DNA of 42,276 nucleotides, taken from positions 1-42,276 of IMG/VR virus record IMGVR_UViG_3300023173_000034. One strand, 5' to 3'. The notes under the pieces were generated by a model. It was not told the DNA's origin and did no database searches. It saw only the letters and a list, made by a program, of their open reading frames with translations. Of the stretch, positions 25,401-33,878 are shown piece by piece (positions within the stretch are counted from its first letter, which is position 1; every line of letters begins with the position of its first letter). Origin of the DNA: a virus (lineage: Duplodnaviria; Caudoviricetes). The translations under genes were made by a program, and so were the position numbers.

Positions 25401-28400
25401 TTCAGCCGCGCCCTTCTTCATGTTGGAAAGCATCGCACGCAACGCCTTGAAGTCCGCTTGGAACTTCTTGTTGGCGGCGGGGATGTTCAATGCCTTGTCC
25501 AATCCAATCTGCATCTCCGCCTGAATGGTTGGGCTCTGCGCTTTAAAGAAATCAGAGTTAACCAACAGCTCCTGAGCCTTGGCTCTTACATCCGCAGCGT
25601 TGTGTAGCAACACGCCCAATCTCTTGGCATTAGCATAGCGCTTAATCTTCTTGGTCAACTCGTTGAAGAACGCCTGACCCTGAGCAACACCGCCCTCCGC
25701 ATTGGCGAAGCCATCGGGGAGCATAGTGCCCATCACATCGATAGGCACAGCGAGTGCTGACTTAATCTCGGTGGCGCTGTATCCCTGCTCCTTCAAGAAA
25801 GCAGCTATAACTCTATCGGTGTAGCCCCTCTCGCGCACATCATTGATGAACTCGTAGATGCTCTGCGTTCCGGCGCCATAGCCTTGGCGGCGTAGTGAGT
25901 TGGCGCTTCCGCCCCCGCCAATAACTCTAAGGAATGGGTTGAAGAACTTCCCATCCAGCGTCATGTGGTAACCGGAGACCTCACCGGTGCGCTCATCACG
26001 TCTAGGCTTTGTGCCGAGCCTGTCATCAAGCTTGCGCACAGCGATTCTAAACTGAGCGGGGTCGGTAGTAGCGGGAACAAATCCCTTATGGTTCATATTA
26101 AAGCGGTGACCTAGCTCCTGAGCCTGACTCTGAGGCTTAGCGCTCCAGTTCTGGTATGCAGTGGCGTCGCCCCTCTTCTGACGGATAGCGGGAGGTGGTT
26201 CAACGCCAGCCTCTGCCCTTAGGTATTCACCGTGGAGTCTCTGTATATCATTAAAGAGCTCTTGACTTATAAATCCGTCTTTAAGCTCTTTGCGTGCTAA
26301 AGAATATCTTTCTGGGTCAACGCTCTTAGCCAAGAGATTGCCAGAGCTTTCCAGATACACACTGCTAATAAATTCACCATGGTCATCCCCGGCTATTTCC
26401 TCAATACTTCCGAGCGATTTCACTCTACTTGAAGTTGAAAAAAACGAACCGCCAACCGTAACTAGATTTGATATGACAATGGGAGTCGAGCCGGGACCCT
26501 CTTCTGAGCCTTCCCAAATAAGTAGGCCTGAAGCAACAGTCTTGAGCTTTCCGGTATCCTTGAAATTTTCTGACGGCTTAAACTGTAACCCGCCACCCAC
26601 ATATTCAAGGTCGCCAAAAGAATCTACTTCTACATTAATGCTAACTTCTCCGGAGACGCTTCTTAAAGACCCAAGATTTATAGCGTGACCCGCGTAATCG
26701 TCTGACGCCGAAATGGTCAAATAATTTACAGTTTCTAAAGCCCCCAAGTCAAACCCTGAATCACCTAAGCGGACTCTAAGAGAACCGACAATTTCTTTTA
26801 AGTGTGGACCAAGGGTTCTTAGTGTTTTATTGTCAGTTATTTGTAACGACCCTTCAAGTTTTTTTAATTTACCTAGGTCCCTCAGTCTTGATTTCTCTCC
26901 TATCACAATTGGGCTTGACCTAACAATTTCCTCAAGTTCTCCAAAGCTTTCTAAAGTATCCGGAACCCCGTATTCAAAACGTCCAAGACGCTTCATCTTG
27001 CCAAGCGTTATTATTGAAGGCGGTAAATTTAAATCCCCTTCAACAACCTTCAACTCCCCAAGAGACATTAATTTTTGTGCATATGACAAATCAAGATTGT
27101 CACCTACACGCTCTAATTTACCAAGAGACTCAAGCTGCCCTGCGCTATACAAGTTAACATTATCTTGGACAGTGGTTAAATTGCCAAGGCTTCTTATGTC
27201 GTTTACTATATGCACACCTTGGTCGACACTTGTTACTCCTATATGAAAATCTAAGGAGTTTTCTTGTATGAATAAATCACCGCCAACTAACTCAATATTA
27301 CCGGTGCTGTTTTTATCATATATGGTTGCGTCCCCTTCAACAGTTTTTAAATTAGCGGGGATGAGCTGTGACTGTTGGTTGTAATGTCCCGCGATGACCC
27401 TCAAGCTTTTAGCACTATTGGAGATAGCGTTTGAAACCATTCGGACGGCCCCCTCTTCGCCATACGCCTCAACGAGGCTTGCAAAAATGTCAAACGATGT
27501 AAAGCTCCCTCCCGAATAGAGCACTACATAGTCTGTAGCATGCGACACATAATCGGATGGGTCCTCGTTATTTATCGCTTCACCGAATAACTCAAACACC
27601 CTAGCTTTTCCTTTTATCTCAAGCCTGCTGCCAATTTGCTTCCCATCTCTCATGGCCTCTATCGCCGCAGCTTTTAAGCCCATACGAATTAAATTGTCGC
27701 CATAAAAGTTTCCAATAAGAACCTCGGTCTCCGGGGTTAATTCTTCCATGCCTCGGGCAACTTTTCCTTTTATCTCAGGAGCAACATCGTTAGCATCAAT
27801 CTTTAAATTAAAGTCCTCATTGAGTCGCTCGACGAAACCATTTCCCCCATACTGCATGAAGCTGTATCGGTTTGCTTCAGCAGTAAGGCTAGATACCGTT
27901 CTAAAGTCCTGCAAGGTTAAAGGGCGCTTCGATATCTCCTCCCTAAACATCCTTATCTTTTCGTTGAAGCGCTGCCCCTCTGCCCATTTCTCACCGCCCG
28001 GAACGGCGCCACTTTCCAAGAACTGCTCAGCTACAGGGCGCATCTTTGGCTCCATCTGTTGTCCTTCAAGGATACCTCGCACCTCTTCAATGCTTCCTCT
28101 TCTTGTTCTTACGGCAATACGGGCTTTTGGCACGCCGCCTTTATCCGTTGTTACAAAGACATAGAAATCGCCGCCCCTAAGCTGCCCTTCGGCTCCGGTC
28201 TTTGTGCACCATGGCGTATCCTGAACAAGCTGACTTAAGGCGTCTGCGTTGTCATTAATATCTTGCTCACTAACACCGTCGCCACCGGGGAACTTAAGCC
28301 ACGTGCCCTCAGCGGTATCGTACATCTTAAATGCCTTAACAACATTGGGCGCGTTGGCCATCATCGTCTCAACGTATTCTTTTAATACTGCGTCTGATGA

Positions 28401-31400
28401 TATGGTCTGCTCGCCAACCATTCTACTAATGGTGCCCTCGTCGTATGGCGTGTAGTTACGAAGAGTTTGGCGATTTCTCTTTTTGTAGCTCCCTGTTCTA
28501 GCGTCGTAGTTATGTGTGACGACAGCATCGAAAAGCATCAAGCGAATGGCGGGGGGTATACCGATTTCATGTTGTAGAAAGGCTGCCCATTTCTTTATAG
28601 TGTCATCTTGAGTGACTTGATATTCGTTTAGCACACGCATTCTGTGATAATCACTTTCTGCCTTCTCTTCAATTTCCGCAACCGTTTTCCTACTGAGACC
28701 CATCCGGTCTGCTTCTTTTGCCTGACCAAGAATATCTTTGGTGATGTTATCGCCATCGTATATTTTAAGAAAGTCAATTATATAACTATCAGTTTGGTTA
28801 ACCTGTGCGCCTATAGCAAACGCTATAGATTCTAGAAATCTATATACAGCCTGTGCTGGAGAGCTGCTTTTTGGGAATAGGCGGTTGGCCAATAGGATGA
28901 CAGCATTAACATCTTTGAGATTTGTTTTTTTAACGTCTGCCCTATTAACATCGGCGGATGTATCTGAATCAAATAATAGGCTATCTAAAACCCTTTCAAC
29001 AATGCCTTCGGCTCTACTCGCTTGAAGGATTTCTTCGCTGGTGGGCTCTACTCCATCTTTTTTATAGCCCATTGCCGTGAAAAAGCGACCGCTATCTTCA
29101 AGAACTGGAAGTATCTCCCCCAGCATCTTAATGGCTTCCTGCTGGTACTTCTCTTGGATACCAGCCTTCTGATACTTAATGCCTTCAGTCGGAGTGATGG
29201 TAATCAATCCCTTCTTCTGACGCATAGCGTTCTTAGTTTCAAGGGTCTGAGGTGAGCGCTTCATGCTTTGCGCACCATCATAAGCTACTCGAGTAACAGA
29301 GAATCCAAACTTCTCATAGAACTTAGTCAAGTCCTTGGCCATCTTTGCGAGCTTGGCTTCAGAATACTCTTTACGAGTTACCGGGTCTCCTTGATATCGC
29401 TTTGTTGGATACGCATCAAGTTTAATAGTCAGGCCAAGTTTATCGGCGGCTGCCGTAATACGATTCATTAACCTAGTGCCAGCTCCAGTTCCAGCAAGCC
29501 TTGGGTCAAATAATTCAATGCCATCTATGTATATAACATTACCCTCTTTAGGGCTGATACGTATGTTCATTTCAAGCTCCGGATTCTCAACCGAAGTGTC
29601 CATAGTCATAAATCCACCCCGCATAATAATGCTTGGGAATATGTGGAAGTCTGGGTCGTTTGCCATTTCGGCAAACAAGTTGGCTACATTGTTGTAAGGC
29701 TGATAGAATTCTCTACGCCAATTGAAATCCTCATCCATGAAGTACACCCTCACTTCGTCCGCGGTAAGAGCATCATCGGTACTTGTTGGATATGGTTTTC
29801 TTCCCTTTCTGTTCAGGCTTTCACGAGCCTCCTCGTTGGTCATCGCCTTCTTCTGACGAAGTGCTGGCTTCTTGACCTTGATGTTCTCGATAGCCATCTG
29901 CTGCTCTCCCGTAAGCTGAGCTGCTGGGAGGGCATCTTCTAGAGTAATGACCGTGGGCTCCTCAACTATATCGGTAGGAATCTCAGCGACATACTGAGCG
30001 CCCATGGCGGAGCGTGCAGCCTGAGGCTTCGCTCTTTCTCCAATCTCTATCTGAGGACCGGTTACTGGCTTGGCCTTGGGATATACTTTGCGCACATCCA
30101 CGGCCTTATCGAACACCATTATGGGTGTCCCCTCAATAACAAACGGATAAGAGGGGTGGGTATCCATTCCCTCCTTGCGGGTATCGATTACCTTGCTGTC
30201 CTTATTGAACTGAATAGCAGATATAATATCTCCATATTGTACCTTCTCAAGAGATGGGTCGTTGACATAGTCAAGAACGCCCGTCTTCATCTTTGCCGTT
30301 GGCATCAATGGCGGTATCCCAAAGCGCTCATAAGAGGTGGCAGAGAAGAACGACTTAGTGAATGCACCACGAGTGTCATATGAGATTACTCCCTTGCCTT
30401 CAATGGGCATAAGGTCTCTCAGGTCTTCCAAGGTTTCTATTTGTCCCTTGTGTCCTTTCTTCTCTAGCTGTTCGGCAATAGTAACGCCGGGAGTTCTTGA
30501 TGCTGTTCTAAGTTTGGCGTTGACATAGTCAATCAATTCCTGTGGAGACGCGCCCTTCATGACGGCGTTCTGAATTTCCGCCATTAGATATTCATAAAAG
30601 GAAAGGCTACCAGCAATACCATCAGAAGCCTGAGACATCACCAATCCTACACCATCGCTCTCTTTTACTTTCTTTAGAATCTTGTTGGCTGCCGTCTCGC
30701 TAGTAAACGCCCAGCCCATACCGCTACCATAGGGGTATAGGTATCCACCCTTGAAGAAGTATCTCGTTCCAGATGGGCTCTCAATTTCACCATAGGTTGC
30801 TTGGTCGGCTGCAAATACAAACGCATTAGCGCCCGACAAGTCGTTGATGCTACCGCGCTTGATAGCCTCTATGTCGATGCCACCTCGGTTAAGCTGCTGC
30901 TTGCGTGTGGCGTTTATGTTTATAGAATCTGAGCCCTTCTCATTAATGTTCTCAGCAACAGTGCCAGATGCGACTGTTGAGCCGGGCTCCGCAGCGCTAT
31001 CAAGAACAACGAGGTCAGCCGCTACAATCGCCTTGCCTCTCGCAACCTTGCGGGCGAGGACGTCAAGCATAGCGGTTACGCTCTCGTCGGTTTTACCAAA
31101 CTCAGAAGGAAGAGACACATTGAATGCTCTCGCCAATCGCTTAATAAACTCTACAATCTGTCCCTTAACCGTCGACGTTGCGTTGACGTACTCTCTAGAC
31201 AGCGCACCCATGAGCTGAGCGAGGCGCTCCTCATTCTGGAAGTTCTCGTCGTAGTTCTGTGCGAAGGCATCAATCTCTTTTGCTAGGGCACTGTCATCCG
31301 CAAGAGTCTTGCGGACATTCTCCATCATGGTCTTGGCCACAGCCTGAGCCTTGGAGTCCGTTCTAACCTTGTTCAAGAATATAGCATGGAACACCTCGTG

Positions 31401-33845
31401 CGCTACCGTGCTTGCGTCCGCTGTCGCAAGGTTGATATGGATTACGCCATCGTTGTAGGCGCCCTCATCTGTCGCTGCTGTTCCGGTGTTCTTAGAGAAC
31501 TCCTCGCCTGTGGCGTGAAGTATAATCTTCACATCGGGCAACAGCTTTTGAATGGCCTTAGCTCCACGAACGGCGAGCTTCTCAATGCGAGTCTGCTCCT
31601 TAGTGAGTGGCTGTGCGCCCGTCTCATTAACGACCAGATTGTCGGAGAGCTTTCTACCCCCCTCGAATACGGCAGCAACCTCTTCATTTGTGGCGGCAGC
31701 TACTGGTGCTTGACCAAGCGCTTCAGCCTTGAGGTCTTCGAGTTGTTGTTGCTCCTCCTCAGTGAGGGTTACTTCTTCTTCGACACGCGCTTCGGGAGCG
31801 ACTTCAGGTTCTGCTTGGGGTGCTCCTTCCGCCACTTCTTCGCCAACTCTGGCTTCTGGCTGAACAGGAACTTCACTTGTTGCTTGCTCTTGAATGGCAT
31901 CTTCTTGTGATTTTGTATATAGTTCTTTTATCTTCTCATCAATCTTAGCGACCTTTTCTTTTGCTATAGACTGAACCGCATCGTCCTTACCGGCGACCTT
32001 TTCTAAAGTTAACTGCTTTTCTCTTACGAGATTAAACATCTCTGCCTGAGCTTCCTCCGGCATATCCTCGGGGATTTTACCAAGAACGTCAATGAACTCA
32101 TCAACATTGGCAATCACCCTATCACCTTCGGCTCGTTCCATCTTGCCAGCAGCAACCTGTTGGTCGATGTACTCAGATACTTTTTCTCTTTTAATTGCGC
32201 CAACAAATTCCTTGGCCTGCTTGAAGTCTTCTGATGTAACACCCTCAGGTCTAGAGAATGCACCGACTGTTCCAGCTATAATGCCACCGCCAATAGCTTC
32301 TTGAGCTCCGGCATATAGCACGTCCATCACAATTTCTTGTGCGGTCTTTGGCTTGAAAATATTCTTGCCTTGAGAGTCGGTTACATATTGATTAATCAAA
32401 TCATTTGACAACTCCTGAAGAGCACCCGTCTCAAATTCAGAGAGGCCACCCTTTGTAATCTTACTGGCGTATCCCCTTAATCCCTTGGCTTCTTGGCGAA
32501 CAACTCTTTCAAAAGCCTCGGCTCCCACGTCTTCGCCCATTCCAGCAAGTCGGGTAAGAACCTTACCCGCCAAAATTCTTTTCACCATGGGCATCCCATT
32601 CAGGGTGTTTCTCAAACCAACTCTTTCAAGTATTCCCTCAATGCCAGCGGTGGCGAGTAAGTATGTTTGTCTTTGAGCCTCAGTCATTTGAAGGTCTGGA
32701 TTCGCAGCAAGCTCATTTGCTAATTGCTCTTCCGCCGCCTGATAAGACATGTCCATAAAAGATAAGCCCATCGTAGAAGCAGATGTTGCCATCGCGGGCA
32801 ACGAGGTCATTAGTCCACGAACGGCACCCGAAAAGAATCTATCCTGAAGCTCTCTCTCTTTTCTTTTATCAATGGCGTATCCAGCCTTTTTGATAATTTC
32901 CTCTCGGCCCGCTTCCTTTATATATGGTAGAACTTCATTCTCAATACCCTTGTCTACCGTGGCAAAGTATTCCATGTATGCCGCATTGGCCGCAAGGGCA
33001 TCTGAGTAGCCATCATCAATGGCCTTCTTATACATAACATATAAGTCGGGGTGCTTATCTTTTTTGTCCTCAATAAAGCGAGCAATCACCTGACCGTTCA
33101 GTGAGTTCTCTTCTCGGATATTGTTAACCCAGTTTCCAAATCCCTCAATGAGACCGTTCCACTTGTCGCCAACCCACTCTCCAGCAGTAACTTCTACTGG
33201 CTCAAGTAATTCTGATTTATCCTCTTTGGGTTTTACTAAACCTTTTACTACTTGGTTAAATGCAACAAATGGGGCGGCAAGCGTTGGAACCTCTGGAGCC
33301 TTTATCTCCTCGGGTTGCGGCATCTCAACGGCGCCCTCTTCAATGCGACCCTCCATAACTGCCTGAGCCTCTGGAGATATCCCTTCTTCGCCAGCAATAG
33401 CGCCGGTCTCAAGGTCCATAGTAATGCCCTCCTCGGTAACAACCTCGGTTGGTCTAGTCTCATATGGCACAGGAATGGGCTGCTCTTGTGGAGCAACACC
33501 GCCCGCCTCTTGGATAGCCTGCTGCGTCTGTGGCGCTAAGCGTGGAGACGGGGGGAGTGTAAGGTCACGCCCGGGTAAAGAAGCCAAAGTAGGCGTCTCC
33601 ATAGGAGAAGCCAACTGCTCTTCTTGAAAAGAAACCTCTGAAGGTTCTTCTTTTTTTTTTAATGGAGCATACTTTACATCGAACTCTTCACGCCCTTTGG
33701 TATATAAGCCGTCTCTAGTTACAACACCAAATACTTTATCTCTATATTGTGGGTCTTCGTACTTAACTATAAACTCTTCATATGAGTTGGTATAGTAACC
33801 CTTAGATACGAGGGTGTCGTATAACTTTTTGAGCTCGTCATTCAT
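22455..33845 (-). CDS. giant polyvalent internal virion (ejection) protein: zincin peptidase, GNAT, PcfJ-like WC domain, L-domain/LRR-like repeats
   Basis: 3796 aa; HEVFH (about aa 816) followed by EERLA; GTGAGTRLM...KFYEKFGF GNAT; PWCT...GDFYVF...RIAVR...EVRG; repeated LGxLxxVxGxLxL units. Confidence 0.85.
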   Translation of the reverse strand: MNDELKKLYDTLVSKGYYTNSYEEFIVKYEDPQYRDKVFGVVTRDGLYTKGREEFDVKYAPLKKKEEPSEVSFQEEQLASPMETPTLASLPGRDLTLPPSPRLAPQTQQAIQEAGGVAPQEQPIPVPYETRPTEVVTEEGITMDLETGAIAGEEGISPEAQAVMEGRIEEGAVEMPQPEEIKAPEVPTLAAPFVAFNQVVKGLVKPKEDKSELLEPVEVTAGEWVGDKWNGLIEGFGNWVNNIREENSLNGQVIARFIEDKKDKHPDLYVMYKKAIDDGYSDALAANAAYMEYFATVDKGIENEVLPYIKEAGREEIIKKAGYAIDKRKERELQDRFFSGAVRGLMTSLPAMATSASTMGLSFMDMSYQAAEEQLANELAANPDLQMTEAQRQTYLLATAGIEGILERVGLRNTLNGMPMVKRILAGKVLTRLAGMGEDVGAEAFERVVRQEAKGLRGYASKITKGGLSEFETGALQELSNDLINQYVTDSQGKNIFKPKTAQEIVMDVLYAGAQEAIGGGIIAGTVGAFSRPEGVTSEDFKQAKEFVGAIKREKVSEYIDQQVAAGKMERAEGDRVIANVDEFIDVLGKIPEDMPEEAQAEMFNLVREKQLTLEKVAGKDDAVQSIAKEKVAKIDEKIKELYTKSQEDAIQEQATSEVPVQPEARVGEEVAEGAPQAEPEVAPEARVEEEVTLTEEEQQQLEDLKAEALGQAPVAAATNEEVAAVFEGGRKLSDNLVVNETGAQPLTKEQTRIEKLAVRGAKAIQKLLPDVKIILHATGEEFSKNTGTAATDEGAYNDGVIHINLATADASTVAHEVFHAIFLNKVRTDSKAQAVAKTMMENVRKTLADDSALAKEIDAFAQNYDENFQNEERLAQLMGALSREYVNATSTVKGQIVEFIKRLARAFNVSLPSEFGKTDESVTAMLDVLARKVARGKAIVAADLVVLDSAAEPGSTVASGTVAENINEKGSDSININATRKQQLNRGGIDIEAIKRGSINDLSGANAFVFAADQATYGEIESPSGTRYFFKGGYLYPYGSGMGWAFTSETAANKILKKVKESDGVGLVMSQASDGIAGSLSFYEYLMAEIQNAVMKGASPQELIDYVNAKLRTASRTPGVTIAEQLEKKGHKGQIETLEDLRDLMPIEGKGVISYDTRGAFTKSFFSATSYERFGIPPLMPTAKMKTGVLDYVNDPSLEKVQYGDIISAIQFNKDSKVIDTRKEGMDTHPSYPFVIEGTPIMVFDKAVDVRKVYPKAKPVTGPQIEIGERAKPQAARSAMGAQYVAEIPTDIVEEPTVITLEDALPAAQLTGEQQMAIENIKVKKPALRQKKAMTNEEARESLNRKGRKPYPTSTDDALTADEVRVYFMDEDFNWRREFYQPYNNVANLFAEMANDPDFHIFPSIIMRGGFMTMDTSVENPELEMNIRISPKEGNVIYIDGIELFDPRLAGTGAGTRLMNRITAAADKLGLTIKLDAYPTKRYQGDPVTRKEYSEAKLAKMAKDLTKFYEKFGFSVTRVAYDGAQSMKRSPQTLETKNAMRQKKGLITITPTEGIKYQKAGIQEKYQQEAIKMLGEILPVLEDSGRFFTAMGYKKDGVEPTSEEILQASRAEGIVERVLDSLLFDSDTSADVNRADVKKTNLKDVNAVILLANRLFPKSSSPAQAVYRFLESIAFAIGAQVNQTDSYIIDFLKIYDGDNITKDILGQAKEADRMGLSRKTVAEIEEKAESDYHRMRVLNEYQVTQDDTIKKWAAFLQHEIGIPPAIRLMLFDAVVTHNYDARTGSYKKRNRQTLRNYTPYDEGTISRMVGEQTISSDAVLKEYVETMMANAPNVVKAFKMYDTAEGTWLKFPGGDGVSEQDINDNADALSQLVQDTPWCTKTGAEGQLRGGDFYVFVTTDKGGVPKARIAVRTRRGSIEEVRGILEGQQMEPKMRPVAEQFLESGAVPGGEKWAEGQRFNEKIRMFREEISKRPLTLQDFRTVSSLTAEANRYSFMQYGGNGFVERLNEDFNLKIDANDVAPEIKGKVARGMEELTPETEVLIGNFYGDNLIRMGLKAAAIEAMRDGKQIGSRLEIKGKARVFELFGEAINNEDPSDYVSHATDYVVLYSGGSFTSFDIFASLVEAYGEEGAVRMVSNAISNSAKSLRVIAGHYNQQSQLIPANLKTVEGDATIYDKNSTGNIELVGGDLFIQENSLDFHIGVTSVDQGVHIVNDIRSLGNLTTVQDNVNLYSAGQLESLGKLERVGDNLDLSYAQKLMSLGELKVVEGDLNLPPSIITLGKMKRLGRFEYGVPDTLESFGELEEIVRSSPIVIGEKSRLRDLGKLKKLEGSLQITDNKTLRTLGPHLKEIVGSLRVRLGDSGFDLGALETVNYLTISASDDYAGHAINLGSLRSVSGEVSINVEVDSFGDLEYVGGGLQFKPSENFKDTGKLKTVASGLLIWEGSEEGPGSTPIVISNLVTVGGSFFSTSSRVKSLGSIEEIAGDDHGEFISSVYLESSGNLLAKSVDPERYSLARKELKDGFISQELFNDIQRLHGEYLRAEAGVEPPPAIRQKRGDATAYQNWSAKPQSQAQELGHRFNMNHKGFVPATTDPAQFRIAVRKLDDRLGTKPRRDERTGEVSGYHMTLDGKFFNPFLRVIGGGGSANSLRRQGYGAGTQSIYEFINDVRERGYTDRVIAAFLKEQGYSATEIKSALAVPIDVMGTMLPDGFANAEGGVAQGQAFFNELTKKIKRYANAKRLGVLLHNAADVRAKAQELLVNSDFFKAQSPTIQAEMQIGLDKALNIPAANKKFQADFKALRAMLSNMKKGAAELEKAKRAMRMFIRKNLPKTVFNKADVNKLMKAITDATPDSLPAVMERVTGFVNEFYVRDLSAAIDKLLKTPTTRMVSGRRVGRVSVSLQNILGSLTNKKSPMLVDEGMSAQNIEDLMQKQEKRFNKLSVKTALTQEESDEMNALSIALMYNEAMLMEDNNPHKVDALAAVRDNLRTLISTGRSQMRGEIDAQRAYYEHLISDAYNGITGEELDLSEEGEEANKEKLIELKNKEQRRKTFDGGIKSFVGKIKNSVDEFFTKQMDLALLLQRISSGLSEAMGGNKLMEIFDDRLFKARVSFVSGKKQVFDIISNKAKEIWGDNYKLEMQRNAVPVVSKDLINDKNVIWLNEEKANELKKEYDSATNKRKAQIIRQLEKLEVVLSNNQAYYLYNQYKDPANVASFEKKFGKNQYARIMQQITDRLDAKTKEWADWQVNELYPSLYEKYNEVYKAIYRTNMPWNQFYAGRIFREGEEGDLQFDLLAGSSEYQTSVGGQSTKARVKNSRPIQSVDGNSVLNSYLKDMEYFRAYAEAMRDLSKVLDNANVKAAIIELGGKNTYDALKDMMQKVARKGISQNESQLANAMMGMYIKSKLAINPTVFLKQLTSAFAFADYIGYTNWSKYTALALPQARKLWKEWYANSPLFQERYENSNIGDILEGYSYEGSLNESPILVNKKVGGKDITVTKEQTRNLMNSLMYLVKQGDKGGIMGGLANYLYYKQQYLEKNPGDEAGAQKYASEKATKQALRTQQDSGITNKDWFQTGGPAYRFLNVFLSSPKALLRREMSAFMSLSRKMKGLPTQDGYGDIARRVVTYHILVPMVFQWVALGLPGLLSDWDEEDEQALGRAALLGNLNALFIVGDILTAVKDLVSGAPWAGEFTTLPVFEQIGLVFKDIKSFTKATDPVKKDKYMWRMINHITELTGIPASNIHKMVKNIEAIPDSKDPGEALLRLFNYSDYVIEGGDKKKSDKEIEAYRKAMLGE
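31769..31900 (-). CDS. nested +1-frame 43-aa basic protein (MPFKS type)
   Basis: MPFKSKQQVKFLFSQKPELAKKWRKEHPKQNLKSLPKRVSKKK; A-rich upstream region with A at -3. Confidence 0.7.
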   Translation of the reverse strand: MPFKSKQQVKFLFSQKPELAKKWRKEHPKQNLKSLPKRVSKKK

Positions 33846-33849
33846 GCTC

Positions 33850-33857
33850 CAAATTTA
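33850..33857 (-). promoter_or_regulatory. -7 box TAAATTTG
   Basis: Matches TAnnTTTG, 4 nt before the giant gene's ATG. Confidence 0.55.
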
Positions 33858-33878
33858 ATAAATTATTAGCTATGCTTC

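Noticed and set aside
22455-33845. Giant protein as a crAss-like virion RNA polymerase
   Set aside because: I found no DFDxD/DxDGD catalytic motif by eye; the visible domains are zincin, GNAT and repeats
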